Origin: an uncultured Gemmatimonadales bacterium
Lineage (GTDB): Bacteria; Gemmatimonadota; Gemmatimonadetes; Gemmatimonadales; Gemmatimonadaceae
Assembly: GCA_963793305.1 (NCBI GenBank)
Contig: CAWBZV010000005.1
Span: forward strand, 192,001-256,000
DNA: 64,000 nt
Reading direction: 5' to 3'
Shown here piece after piece: positions 40,021 through 51,500 of the stretch. The first letter of the stretch is position 1. Each line of letters starts with the position of its first letter. The notes beneath the pieces are model-generated. The model worked only from the letters and a program-made list of their open reading frames with translations, did not search any database and was not told the DNA's origin. Position numbers and translations under genes: made by a program.

Positions 40021-43000
40021 CTAAACCAGAAGATGCTCAGCCTTCAGCCCGAACAGGGCAGTTAAGTAAGCAGGCGCCGCATACCGCTCCCTTCGATGGT
40101 TGCGAAGGTATTCTACCAGGATGGTTTTCGCCCGAGCTTCTTGATTCTGGGCCAGCAGCGCCTTGCAAAGCGCGAAGGCGGCGAAGTCCTGATTTCCCAG
40201 CCCCTGTAGGCGTCTGAACTCGTGCTCAAGAGTCGATATTAGCTTCGTGGGCCGATGAACTCTGTCATGAGTAAACGCTAACAGCGTGGACAGAGCCAGG
40301 AGGCAGTGTTTAATGCGGCCGCCGGACTGGCTGGTTTGACTTCGCCACTTTCTGAACGCCCGTGCGTTGCATATGCGCATGGCTTCTTTCTTGGTTCCAG
40401 CGATCAGGGCAATCATCGCCCTAAGCTGCGCGATATCTATTGCCCGATAGGGAAAACGACGCCGATCTTCAGCCGCGAATAACGTGATCCAATAGATCTC
40501 GCGCTGAGCTGAACTCTCCTTGCTCGATGAATGTTTCGCCAATCTGAGTGAGTGTGGCTAGTACATAACTGCGGCTTTGCATCCACTTAACCAGTTGCAA
40601 AGCTTCGTCCAAAGCAGCGCGTGCGTCGTCAAATCGGCCGAGAAACCTCAAGGTCAGGCGTGTCGTCGGAGACTCTGCGCGAGAAAGGTTGTGGATCCAC
40701 TGAGACGCGCGTAGGTGACCAGAGCATTACCTGCTTGTGCACCCTTTTCGAGGTCGCCGACATAGGTGTCGAACACCATGGACATCGTCAACAAGTCCAC
40801 CGGTCGAACCGTGACTTCGCCCGCGAGCGAAAGAAGGCGGTGGTGGAAGTGCTTGAGGCGCATGGGGTCATGCAGATTGAATGCGCATATCATCGCGCAG
40901 ATACCCGCCCTGACACGGGTGTCAGGTGCTGCGGAGTCGTCGGCAAGACACGTTGAAGCCTCAATGAGGAGGGGTTCCACATCCTCAAGCGCGTACATCC
41001 GCGCCTCCAATACGTCAATTTGCCACTGAGACCAAGCCGAGCTCCCGATGCGGAGGGCCTTTCGCAACCGGCTAACTTCAGCGGCCGCCCGCGATACTCC
41101 TGCCAGATCGCCCACAGCGAGCAGTGCCGGGATGATGCTTTTCCTGAACCAGTACGCGCTCGTGGTCACTCTCACACCATTCGACCGCATGCCGCCACAT
41201 CGCAGTAGCTTCATGCGGAAGCCCGAGCTTGAGGAGCCGGTCGCTACACCGTCCGAGCATCGCGATCGCTTCGCGATGCAGCCCCGCCAAGCGGTAATGA
41301 TTCGCGCAATCCCAGAGCAGGCTAGAATCGTGCGGCGGTTCGAGTTCTGGATGAAGCACGTCTCGCGATTCTTCCGTGAGCCAACTGGGCTGTCGTCGAG
41401 GTAAGCCGGGCGCAAACCAGAGTTGGCGAGTGTACTATGCATGCAATGTGCGACGCCGTGCTCCCATCGTATGAAGCCCTTGTGTTCCAGGCTGTCCATC
41501 CGACTGACGAGCTCCACCTCTGGGAACTCCAATAGACGCTTCAGTCTGCCCCGTCGTCGTATGCTGTCCAAGCATCGCGATCGTCTGAAGAACGAGCAGT
41601 TCGCTTTCCGCAAGGGTCGCCAATGCGCTCGATGCAGCGCGGACTCGATCGATGGTGGTATGGGATGTCGATGTCCACAACTTTCCCAGTAACGAGCCAA
41701 CTCGTGCATCAACCGTGGAGAGCCACACGCCATCTCGATGTAGAGAGATTCCAGATCTGTACTGAGTCCGCCGTGGTGTGTTGACGTCAGGAGGCGCAAC
41801 AACTCACCCGACTCCGTCCGGGTGAGCGGGTCGAGCGCGTGCGACCGCAAGCCTCGATTGAGCGTCGCGAGCCGTGCCGCCGACCCTGATGGGTCTCGCG
41901 CGGTCATGAGCACAAGCAACGATCTGGAGTGGCTGGTTGCCACGAGGTCAGCAACAATTTCGATCGACTGTTCGTCAGCTTGATCTATATCATCGATAAC
42001 CACGAGCAGGCTGACCTCGTGAGTTACAGCCGCAATGAGATCCAGTATCGATTGCTTAATACCCGCGTAGATAAATGACGGCGCATCCTGGCCATCAGAC
42101 GCGACAGGCATCTCGAGAGACTCGCCCGTCAATTTTCGTAAGTATTGCAGGGAGGCTGGCGAGCAACCAATGGCGCCGGGAAGGCGTTGAATCGCTGACA
42201 CGACCTTCGTCAGCACCGATAACGGGCATCGTGATTCACTCGGCAAACATTCCGCGTGCACGACGCTGATGCCCTCGAGCGCCGCGGTGCGGCTGATCTC
42301 CTCAATGAGCCGAGTCTTCCCCAGCCCCGCACCTCCCTTGACAAGGTAACCACCACCCGAACTTCGTCGCATATGCCGAACCATCGTGGTGATCGCGGCG
42401 ATCGCGGATTCGCGACCAATGAGAGGCGACTCAGCGGGCGTAAATCGGTCGGAGATGCGTTGCCGCAACAGTGCACTCGGCAGTCCCACACTGGACGCAT
42501 GAGCGGCGAGATCCTTCTTGTATCGCTCCAGCAAACGCACGGCCCCGATCTTATTGCCTCCCATCGCTCTGGCTTCTGCAAGACCAAGCGTGGCTTCTTC
42601 GTTCAACGGATCGATAGCCAGGCAGCGAAGAGCGGCCGCCTCCACTTCGAGCCAACGCCCATTTTGTCGCCGGACCCCGATGGAAGCCACAAGGCCGTTG
42701 CAAATCTGGAGATTGACCTGGTCCCGCAGCTCTTGAAGCCAACGATCGAACGTCCGAGAGACGTTCGGAGAGTAGCCAGGCAAGAATTCTCTCAACAGTG
42801 GCCCGAAGTCCTGTTGGCAACTCGCAATTGCTTCGCGGTAGTCGATGCTGACGGCCTCGGCCAGTAACCCAACACTCGCGTCATTCGCGACCAGCTGGAT
42901 GCCGGCCCGCTTCAAGGCGTAAATGGTCTGACGCAGTCGATGACGAGCCTCGACGTCGCGCGTGTCTGGCCACAACAGTGATTGGAGTGTAGAGCGAGGT

Positions 43001-43167
43001 AGCAGTTTGCCCGCCTCTATGACGAGTCGTAGCGACGCCGCAAATAGCATGTGTGATCCCGGCTCGATTCTGTGCCCAGCGACTTCTACCGCGCAATCAC
43101 CCAGAGACCGCAGCGTTATCACCGATGGCTGCGAGCGCTCAGAACCGGCCATTCCAAAACTCCTCAC
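40021..43167 (-). pseudogene. Large SARP-like regulator (wHTH-BTAD-AAA ATPase-TPR), multiply frameshifted (pseudogene or assembly errors)
   Basis: LRSLG...LLWP...RLRQTIYALK, LAIDPLNEEA, LIGRESA, GGAGLGKTRL, VIDDIDQAD; the C-terminal part is distributed over ORFs 41435-41728, 41078-41359, 40469-40651 and 40021-40542. Confidence 0.75.
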
Positions 43168-43525
43168 CAGGGTTACGACAAACCCTGTCGGTCACCGTCA
43201 GCGAAGTGTCAGAAATCGAGAACGGTGAAAATAGCAACGTTTAAGCGCAGCCGCTTAACTGCAAGCTGGTGCCGTCCAAGATGTATACAGCAACCGCTAG
43301 CGCTCCTGAACTAAGCCAGAAAGCGGGCGCCACGACCGTTATCTCAGGACCTAAAGGTCACTGGAGCCGCGGCGGAGGTGTACACGGCACAAGTGAACAC
43401 GGTTACCTGGCACCGTTACGATGGTTGTCACAGCAGGCGGTCTGCTGAGTCCACGATGCGCGAGAAGACGATGATGGCGCGCAGTGTGACGGCACAAGCG
43501 CGCGGGCGGACGTGCAGCCTGCGGG

Positions 43526-44548
43526 CTAACGGTCGCTACGAATCTCGATCAGCCGCTCGACGCCGATACCCTCGGCCTCGGCTTGGAAATTCACGAGGAC
43601 GCGATGGCGCATCACCGCAAGCGCGACCGCACGCACGTCGTCGATGTCCGGGATCGCGCGGCCATCCATCGCCGCGCGCGCCTTCGCGCCGAGCACCAGG
43701 TATTGGGACGCGCGCGGCCCCGCGCCGTAGCTCACGTATTTCTTGACGTCGGCCGTGGCCTCGGCCGCCGCGGGCCGCGTGGAGCGCGCGAGACGAACCG
43801 CGTATTGGACGACCGTGGGCGGAGCCGGGAGGCGACGAACGAGATGTTGCAACTCGGCGAGCTGCGTGCCGCGCAAGACTGGAGTGATCGTCGTGGTGAC
43901 ATCGCTCGTTGTCGTGGCGACAATCGCCTCCTCTTCATCCTTTGTCGGATAATCAACGCGCAACTCGAACATAAAGCGGTCGAGCTGCGCCTCGGGCAAA
44001 GGATACGTGCCCTCCTGCTCGATCGGATTCTGCGTGGCGAGCACGAAGAACGGCGATGGCAAATTGCGCGTCTTCCCCGCCGTCGTCACCGCGTGCTCCT
44101 GCATCGCTTGCAGCAATGCCGCCTGCGTCTTCGGCGGCGCGCGATTGATCTCGTCCGCCAAGACAACGTTGGCGAACACCGGACCCTCGAGGAACGTGAA
44201 CTCGCGATGCCGCGTCGCCGGATCCTCTTCCATCACTTCAGTCCCGGTGATATCGCTCGGCATGAGATCCGGCGTGAACTGCACACGATTGAACGTGAGC
44301 TCGAGCGCCTGCGCGACCGTCTGCACCATCAAGGTCTTCGCCAGCCCCGGTACGCCGACCAGCAACGCATGACCGCCCGCGAGCAGTGCAGCGACGAGAT
44401 TGTCGACGATCTCGCGCTGGCCGATGATGCGCCGGCCGATCTGCTCGACTAACGCTCGACGCCCAACCGCGAGCCGGTCGAGCAACTCGAGGTCGCGATC
44501 ATCCGGCTTCGAACGCGTGTCACGGGCAACCGCGGGAGGCGTGGCCAT
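43526..44548 (-). CDS. moxR: MoxR-family AAA+ ATPase
   Basis: [60 protein letters not shown]. Confidence 0.93.
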   Translation of the reverse strand: MATPPAVARDTRSKPDDRDLELLDRLAVGRRALVEQIGRRIIGQREIVDNLVAALLAGGHALLVGVPGLAKTLMVQTVAQALELTFNRVQFTPDLMPSDITGTEVMEEDPATRHREFTFLEGPVFANVVLADEINRAPPKTQAALLQAMQEHAVTTAGKTRNLPSPFFVLATQNPIEQEGTYPLPEAQLDRFMFELRVDYPTKDEEEAIVATTTSDVTTTITPVLRGTQLAELQHLVRRLPAPPTVVQYAVRLARSTRPAAAEATADVKKYVSYGAGPRASQYLVLGAKARAAMDGRAIPDIDDVRAVALAVMRHRVLVNFQAEAEGIGVERLIEIRSDR

Positions 44549-44596
44549 GGCACCAAAGATCGACCCGGGGGCCGACCTAAGGGAAGGGCGACGGCG

Positions 44597-45106
44597 CTAC
44601 GGTAGGGCGAATACCGCTCGCGCGGTGCTCGGATAATTGGTGCTCGTCAGCGTAGCCACCGCGACGAGCGAGCCATGAATCGCCGGATGCTTCCACGTCG
44701 CATCGTAGGAGAGCGACTCATGCGCATCGAGCGGCTTGTTGCGCAGCGACTGCGTGAACATCTGCCCGGTACTCCAGCGCCACACCTCGCCGCCCGCCGC
44801 GTCGTACACCACCACGTCGTACGTCTGACCACTCGGAAATGTCAACTCGACCTTCCGCGCCCCGGGATTCGTCACCGTCAGGTCGAACTTCACCTGGTCC
44901 CCATCAACCGCCACACCCAACGCCAACGTCAACGTGATCGGCACCTTTCGACTCGGCGCCACACGCGAAGACAAACGCCCAGCCGACACGTTTGGTGTGA
45001 CAGACCCCGTCGTCAACGAAGGCGCCGCCGTCAAATGCGTTCGGGTGACACCGATATACGCGATCGCGCCTGCGACCAAGACGAATTGAACGAGGCGGGC
45101 GTTCAT
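44597..45106 (-). CDS. Exported BsuPI (intracellular proteinase inhibitor)-like Ig-fold protein
   Basis: LTVTN...LTFPSGQTYDVVV...EVWRWS.GQMFTQ; N-terminal hydrophobic segment. Confidence 0.8.
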   Translation of the reverse strand: MNARLVQFVLVAGAIAYIGVTRTHLTAAPSLTTGSVTPNVSAGRLSSRVAPSRKVPITLTLALGVAVDGDQVKFDLTVTNPGARKVELTFPSGQTYDVVVYDAAGGEVWRWSTGQMFTQSLRNKPLDAHESLSYDATWKHPAIHGSLVAVATLTSTNYPSTARAVFALP

Positions 45107-45313
45107 GAATGCAAGAAGCACAAGTGCGACGGAGGAAACAACATCGGAGGAGGCGGGGTCAGCAGAAAATCACGAATATTTCGAAAGCGAACTTATCAAC
45201 ACTTGCGTAAATCGTCAAGACACATTACACGCCGTAAGTCATAACACAACGGATACTTGCCGTGCAACCCCGAAAGGACTTCGGCATGCATTCGGCTGTC
45301 GAGCCCGGTTTGC

Positions 45314-45342
45314 TTGCGAAAGATTTCACAAGCCGGTACCTT
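45314..45342 (+). promoter_or_regulatory. Rex-like operator overlapping a sigma70-type promoter of the atp operon
   Basis: TTGCGAA-AGAT-TTCACAA (13/14 match to TTGTGAA-N4-TTCACAA); TTGCGA-N17-TACCTT. Confidence 0.65.
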
Positions 45343-45352
45343 CTTGCGCGCC

Positions 45353-45616
45353 ATGAGCCGGGACGGCGCTTCTGAAAAGGGCGGCCGAGGGAAGGGAACG
45401 TCGCCGGCCGCGTTCGCCGGCGCGGGCTTTGAACTCGCCGGCTGCATCCTGCTCGGGCTCTTCGCTGGACAATGGGTCGACAAAAGGCTCGGCACCGCAC
45501 CGTGGCTCCTGATCCTCGGCGTCTTCGCGGGCGCCGCGGCGGGTTTCTTCAACATGTATCGTATTCTCACGACGGCTGAGCGACGCACGAAGTCACACGA
45601 CGACGTGAGTACATGA
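45353..45616 (+). CDS. AtpZ/AtpI-family protein
   Basis: GFELAGCILLGLFAGQWVDKRLGTAPWLLILGVFAG; first gene of the atp cluster. Confidence 0.85.
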   Translation: MSRDGASEKGGRGKGTSPAAFAGAGFELAGCILLGLFAGQWVDKRLGTAPWLLILGVFAGAAAGFFNMYRILTTAERRTKSHDDVST

Positions 45617-45999
45617 GCGTCGACATGACCGCGGGACGTCGCCAGAGTCCGATTGCAACGTCACTCGCCGCGCTCGCGCTCGGCGCCGTCGTCATCATGG
45701 CGCTCGCCGCGCTCCTCGATGTAACCGTGTTCACATCGCCCGCCGCGCGCCGCTCTGTGCAAATCAGCGCGGCCATCGCCTACGCCACCCAACTCGCGGG
45801 CTTCGCGATCCTCTCGCGCCTCAGGCGATGGAACGTGATGGCCGCCTGGGGCCTCTCCGCGCTCTTGCGTTTTGCGGCACTCGCCGCCTACGCCCTCTCA
45901 CTCAAAGCACTCGCGCTTCCAGCGGAGAGCGCGCTGATCAGTTTAGTGACGTTCTTCTTCGTGACGACTCTCGCCGAACCATGGCTCATTCGATCATAA
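45613..45999 (+). CDS. AtpI-like 4-TM protein
   Basis: Hydrophobic ORF in the position of ATP synthase protein I. Confidence 0.65.
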   Translation: MSVDMTAGRRQSPIATSLAALALGAVVIMALAALLDVTVFTSPAARRSVQISAAIAYATQLAGFAILSRLRRWNVMAAWGLSALLRFAALAAYALSLKALALPAESALISLVTFFFVTTLAEPWLIRS

Positions 46000-46898
46000 A
46001 GTCTGTTCTGCTCGGCCTTCTTCTCGCCGCCCCCCTGCAGGGTCAGGAGGCGCCGAACCAAAAGGTCGACATCATCACCCCCCACATCACCGACTCGCAC
46101 GAGCTCAACGTCCCTTGCCTCAAGCCTGGGCTCGTCTGTCGGATCGATCTCCCGCGCTGGCAGCCCGTTCATGTGGGCTCCGTCACACTCGACCTCTCGC
46201 CGACGAAGCACGTCGTCATGCTCATCGTCGCCGGGCTGCTGTGCACCCTGACCCTGCTGTCAGCGGCGGCCTGGCACCGGCGCCATCTGAACGACCCGGC
46301 CGCACCCAGAGGCTTCGCGGCCGGAATCGAGGCGATGGTCCTATACCTTAGACAGACCGTCGTACTCCCCAATGTCGGCCCCCACGGGGATGCCTACACC
46401 CCGTTTATCCTGACCCTGTTCTTCTTCATACTGTTCGCGAACCTGCTCGGGCTCATCCCATACGGCTCGACCGCGACCGGCAATATCTCCGTGACCGCGG
46501 CCCTCGCCCTGATCTCCTTCGTCGTCATCGAGATCTCCGGCATGATCGCGCTCGGCAAGAAATACTGGAGCACGATCTTCTATTGGAATCACGACCTGCC
46601 GATCCCGCTCCGCGTATTGCTGTTCATTATCATGACGCCGATCGAGATCGTGTCCAAGCTCACCAAACCGTTCGCGCTCACGATCCGTCTCTTCGCGAAC
46701 ATGACGGCCGGTCACGTCGTCCTGCTCGTGCTCATTGGCCTGATCTTCACGTTCCACAATATCTGGATCATCCCCGGCCCAGTATTCTTGGGCGTGGCGA
46801 TCTCACTCCTCGAATTGTTCGTCGCCTTCCTGCAAGCGTTCGTGTTCGCGCTCCTTACCGCGGTGTTTATCGGCCAGATTCGACAAGCCGCCCACTGA
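45981..46898 (+). CDS. atpB: ATP synthase F0 subunit a (with an N-terminal signal-like extension)
   Basis: FILFANLLGLIP, TGNISVT, KPFALTIRLFANMTAGH, LELFVAFLQAFVF. Confidence 0.96.
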   Translation: MAHSIIKSVLLGLLLAAPLQGQEAPNQKVDIITPHITDSHELNVPCLKPGLVCRIDLPRWQPVHVGSVTLDLSPTKHVVMLIVAGLLCTLTLLSAAAWHRRHLNDPAAPRGFAAGIEAMVLYLRQTVVLPNVGPHGDAYTPFILTLFFFILFANLLGLIPYGSTATGNISVTAALALISFVVIEISGMIALGKKYWSTIFYWNHDLPIPLRVLLFIIMTPIEIVSKLTKPFALTIRLFANMTAGHVVLLVLIGLIFTFHNIWIIPGPVFLGVAISLLELFVAFLQAFVFALLTAVFIGQIRQAAH

Positions 46899-47041
46899 CG
46901 GCCGCTCCCGTCAGATGAGCGTCGTAGCCGGCCGGGCGGCCGGCGAAGCCCATTGAGGCCCGGGCCTTAGTTGTGGGCAGCCTCCTCGGTTGACGAGAAG
47001 GCGGAGCGGATGGGTAGGATTTCTTTCGTTCGGAGAACGTC

Positions 47042-47323
47042 ATGCTGCACCACGTACTACTGCTGCTGCAGGCCGCCGGCTCGTTCTCGAAAGAGTACGA
47101 AGGCGCATGGGCTATGATGGGCGCCGGCATCGGCGCTGGTCTGGCCGTCATCGGCGCCGGCATCGGCATCGGCCGCATCGGCGGTCAGGTCGCCGATGGA
47201 ATGGCGCGCCAGCCCGAGCTCGCCGGCACCATTCAAACCGGTGGGTTGATCCTCGCGGCGCTGATCGAAGGCGTCGCCCTGTTCGCCGTCGTCATCGCAT
47301 TCTTGATCCAAGGTCGCTTCTAA
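47042..47323 (+). CDS. atpE: ATP synthase F0 subunit c
   Basis: GAGIGIG, ARQPE, ALIEGVALF. Confidence 0.96.
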   Translation: MLHHVLLLLQAAGSFSKEYEGAWAMMGAGIGAGLAVIGAGIGIGRIGGQVADGMARQPELAGTIQTGGLILAALIEGVALFAVVIAFLIQGRF

Positions 47324-47378
47324 ACAATAGAGGGTGAACGGGCCCGGGCCCGCTCACCTGTTTGGAGAAACGCTCGTC

Positions 47379-47927
47379 ATGCATGCTGTGATCCTTTTGC
47401 AACAGAGTCCCGAGACTGGCGGTGGGAACATCTTGACCCCGAACGGCGGGCTCATGGTGTGGACCATCGTCATCTTCCTGATCCTGCTGTTCGTGCTGTC
47501 GCGCTACGCCTTCAAGCCGATCACCGCCGCCGTCCAGGCGCGCGAGAAAGCGCTCGAAGACGCCATCGAAGGCGCCAAGCGCGATCGCGAGGAAGCGGCG
47601 AAGCTCCTCGATGAGCAACGCCGCCATCTCGAGGCCTCGCGCGACGAGGGACAGAAGATCGTCGCCGCCGCCCGCGCCGCCGCCGAGGAAGTCCGCGCGG
47701 GTATGCTCGATGCGGCCCGTACGCAGCAGCAAGAGATCCTCGAGCGGGCGAAGCAAGAGATCAGCCGCGAGCGCGATGACGCCATCGCCGATCTCCGCCG
47801 CGAAGCCATCGATCTCGCGATCGTCGGCGCGAGCAAGGTCATCGAGAAGAACCTCGATGACAAATCGAACCGCGACTTGATCGAGAAGTTCCTGACGTTG
47901 CTCGACGCCAACTCGATCAAGCGCTGA
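47379..47927 (+). CDS. atpF: ATP synthase F0 subunit b
   Basis: WTIVIFLILLFVL...KPI...R, then a long coiled coil. Confidence 0.94.
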   Translation: MHAVILLQQSPETGGGNILTPNGGLMVWTIVIFLILLFVLSRYAFKPITAAVQAREKALEDAIEGAKRDREEAAKLLDEQRRHLEASRDEGQKIVAAARAAAEEVRAGMLDAARTQQQEILERAKQEISRERDDAIADLRREAIDLAIVGASKVIEKNLDDKSNRDLIEKFLTLLDANSIKR

Positions 47928-48487
47928 TGCGCGCCGCGACAGTCCCCCGGAATTACGCCGAGACACTGCTCGCGCTGGCCATTCGCGCGCAGGATGCGTC
48001 GGGGTGGGGCGCGATGATCACCGATGTCGCCAACGCCGTCCGGCGCGACCGGACGCTGCGGCGATTCCTCGAGTCGCCCAAGATCGCGCCGCGCCTCAAG
48101 AAACAGATTCTGGCCAAAGCCCTCGCCGATCGCGTCCCGCGCATCTTCCTGCGCTATCTCGAGACGCTGATCGACAACCGCCGGCAAACGCTGATCCCCC
48201 AGATCGCGGTCGCCTACACCGATCTCCTCGAAGAGCGCGAAGGCCGCGTGCACGCCGACGTCACCGTCGCGCGCACGGTCGATGCCGATGGCGAAGGGGC
48301 CATCGCTCGCAACCTGAGCCGCGCGCTAGGCAAGACTGTCGTGCCGCACGTCTCCGTCGATCCGGCGATCCTGGGCGGCCTCGTCGTCCGCGTCGGCGAC
48401 ACGGTCATCGACGGTTCCGTCCGCCGACGCCTCGCACTCCTCCGTCGCCGCCTGACCGCGGGCAGCGCCACGGTGGATCGGGCCTAA
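47927..48487 (+). CDS. atpH: ATP synthase F1 delta subunit
   Basis: RNYAETL, LIDNRR, VDPAILGGLVVRVGDTVIDGSVR. Confidence 0.95.
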   Translation: MRAATVPRNYAETLLALAIRAQDASGWGAMITDVANAVRRDRTLRRFLESPKIAPRLKKQILAKALADRVPRIFLRYLETLIDNRRQTLIPQIAVAYTDLLEEREGRVHADVTVARTVDADGEGAIARNLSRALGKTVVPHVSVDPAILGGLVVRVGDTVIDGSVRRRLALLRRRLTAGSATVDRA

Positions 48488-48500
48488 CGCTTACGCCCCG

Positions 48501-51500
48501 CTGACGACCCGGCGTCGCCGTCGCCGCGCTGCCTTCGTTTTCGCGCTCGGCGCTGTCGTCGCCGGGACGCCTGGTCGAGATCGTCTCGGAGCCCAGGCGA
48601 CCACGCCACCGTCGGGCGACACCACGGGGTACTGGCAACAACACGTCGCCTACCACATCATCGCGCGGCTCGATGAGAACGCCGCGACGGTGCACGCGTC
48701 CGGCACGCTCGTATACAGAAACAACTCGCCCGATACGCTGCGCGAGTTGTTTTTTCATCAGTATCTGAATGCCTTCCGGCCCGGCTCCGCGTGGAGCGTG
48801 GTCGATACGCGCGAAGGCCGCGTGCGGTTCCAGAACCTGTCGGATCCCGACTACGGGTACGAGCGCTTCACGACGCCGCCAACTATAAACGGCACCTCCG
48901 TAATACCTGAGTATCCCGGGGCGCCCGATTCCACTGTGGCGCGCGTCGCGCTGCCACATCCATTGGCGCCCGGAGATTCATGTGTCATCGCGCTGCGGTG
49001 GGACGCGAGACCATCAACGGTGCTGAGACGACAGGGGCGGCGGGGCAGAAGTTACGATTTCGCCCAGTGGTATCCGAAAGTCGCGGTCTATGATCGACAC
49101 GGATGGGAAGCGCCTCCGTTTACACCCGCGGGCGAGCTCTATGGGGAATTCGGCACGTACGACGTCACCCTCATCCTCCGCACTGATCAAATAGTCGCGG
49201 CGACCGGCGTCGTCGTCGCCGGTGACCCTGGGTGGATGCACCGTCCCACGCCAGGCGCCGGCGACGAGCCGGGATGGCGGACGGTCAGGTTTCGTGCGAA
49301 CAATGTGCACCACTTCGCCTGGACGACGTCACCCGATTACCGCTACGAAGGCGGCGCCTATATCACACCGGCGGAGACGGTCGCCATTCACGTCCTGTAT
49401 CGCCCAGGGGACGAAGCCACCTGGGGGCGAGGCATAGCCGTCCGCAGGACCGAGCAGGCGTTGGCGTGGCTGGAGAGCGTCTACGGGCCGTACGCGTACC
49501 CGCAGCTCACGAACGTCCACCGCCTCGAAGGCGGCGGCACCGAATTCCCCATGATGATCATGGACGGCTCGGCCTCCCAAGGCCTGATCCTCCACGAGGC
49601 CGGACACCAATACACGTACGCGATGCTCGCCAACAACGAGTACGCCTCGGCCTGGATGGACGAAGGGCTCTCCGACTACCAGACCGGATGGGCCGAGCGA
49701 CTGACGCGCGCCGATCGGCATCAGGCTCCCGAGGGGCTCCAGATCCCGATCTCGCAGGAAGGCATCCATCCGCCACGCGCTCGCGGATACCGCGCCCTCG
49801 CCGTCACGCCGTTGCCAGCCGAACGCGAGGACATCCGACTCGACAGTCTCGACCTCGTGCACCGCGATCAACCCGTCGGCTGGTCCGCGAACCAGTTCAG
49901 CGAGTTCGGCATCTACAATGCCATGGTGTATGGCCGCGCCGTACGGATGTACGGTGCCTTGCGCGATATCCTCGGCGAAACCGCGTGGCGCGTATTTCTC
50001 CACGGCTACTACGCGCGCTGGAAGTTCAAGCACGTCGACGAGCTCGCGCTTCGCACCGAAGCCGAACGCGCCGCGGGACGCGACTTGAGTTGGTTCTTCG
50101 ACCAATGGCTGCGCAAGATCGGCCTCGTCGAGTACGCCCTCGGCGGCTGGACCGCCGCGCCGGATGGCGACGGGTGGACGAGCAACGTCACCGTTGTTCG
50201 CCGCGGGCCGTACTTGCATCCGATACCCGTGGGCATCCGAACAATGGACGGCTGGACGTTCGGGCGGTCGGAGCCGCTGCGCGATCCGGATACCGTGCAT
50301 GTGAGAACCCGATTGAAGCCACTGGAGGTTCGGCTCGACCCCGATCACCTGACGGAAGACTGGTGGCCGTTCGACAACGGTGAGATCACCGTCTCATGGT
50401 TCGATAGCCGGATGACGCGCGTGACGTTCGACTGGCCACTCCTCAATCAGTGGCGCGAAGAGCGCTTCGTGACCGCCATCCTCCCGTACGCGTGGTACAG
50501 CGATCCCGGTCACCTGACGCCGGCGGTGCGCATGCGCCTCAACTATCAGGGATGGCTCGACCGACTCACGATCGGCCTGGCCGCTCCGACCGGGCCGAAT
50601 GTCCCCGGGCGGTCGCACGTGCAAGGATGGTTCACGCTGAACGACCCCGCGGTCGGCGCCAAGGTGTCGCCCCAGATCAGCATCAGCGACTGGGACCTCG
50701 ACGGGATCGACAAGTTCGTGCTCCAGCACACGTGGAACATGAGCCCGTTCGTTTACGCGAATGGGCCGCAACGGACGGTCGCCGTGGCGTTCACCTCGAC
50801 CATCCCGTACGACTTCGTGTTCCTCGACCCCACGCGCTGGGAGCGCCATTCGGTCCTCTCGCTCTCGGGCACGGGCTCCATCCGCGGGCCCGCGCCGGAC
50901 TCGGTGCGCGTTCACGGGTTCCTCGACGCCGGGTTCGTCAGCGGCACCAATGCGACGCGAGGCTACATTCGCGCGGACGCCAGCGCGAAGCGCGTCTGGT
51001 CGACATCGGATGGCGCCCACGCGATTGGCATTCGGGGATTCGCGAGCTATGATGCCCGCGCCCCGATCGAGCGCGCGGTGTTCCTCGCGGCGGATGACCC
51101 CACCGAGACATTCGCCGACGATTATCTGCGCCCCAAAGGCGCGCCGCTCGCCCGGGACGATGTGCATTTCAGCCCGCTGGGCGGCGCGGGTTTGCGCGGC
51201 TATGACCCGCGCCTCGCGGTGCCGGGCATCGTGGCCGTTAACGCCGAGGCCACGACGCGCCTCTTCTCACTCGCGGATAGCCCCCGCGCGCTCGGCGCGT
51301 ATCTGGGTGCGTTCGCCGATGCGGGGACGACGTTTCACGGCGGAGTGATCGAGACGCCGGCGCTGGCGGCGATATTGCCGGGCGAGACGGGGCACGACTT
51401 AGCCTCGCACCTGCTCGCCGACGCGGGTGTCGGCGTGGCCCTGCGGGGATATGTTTATGACCAGGACGTCGCGCTGCGCGTCGACATCCCGTTCCTCGTC

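Noticed and set aside
43281..43525. Short plus-strand ORFs or a riboswitch upstream of the BTAD regulator
   Set aside because: No well-spaced SD/start pair, no peptide-like composition and no riboswitch consensus that I can recognise
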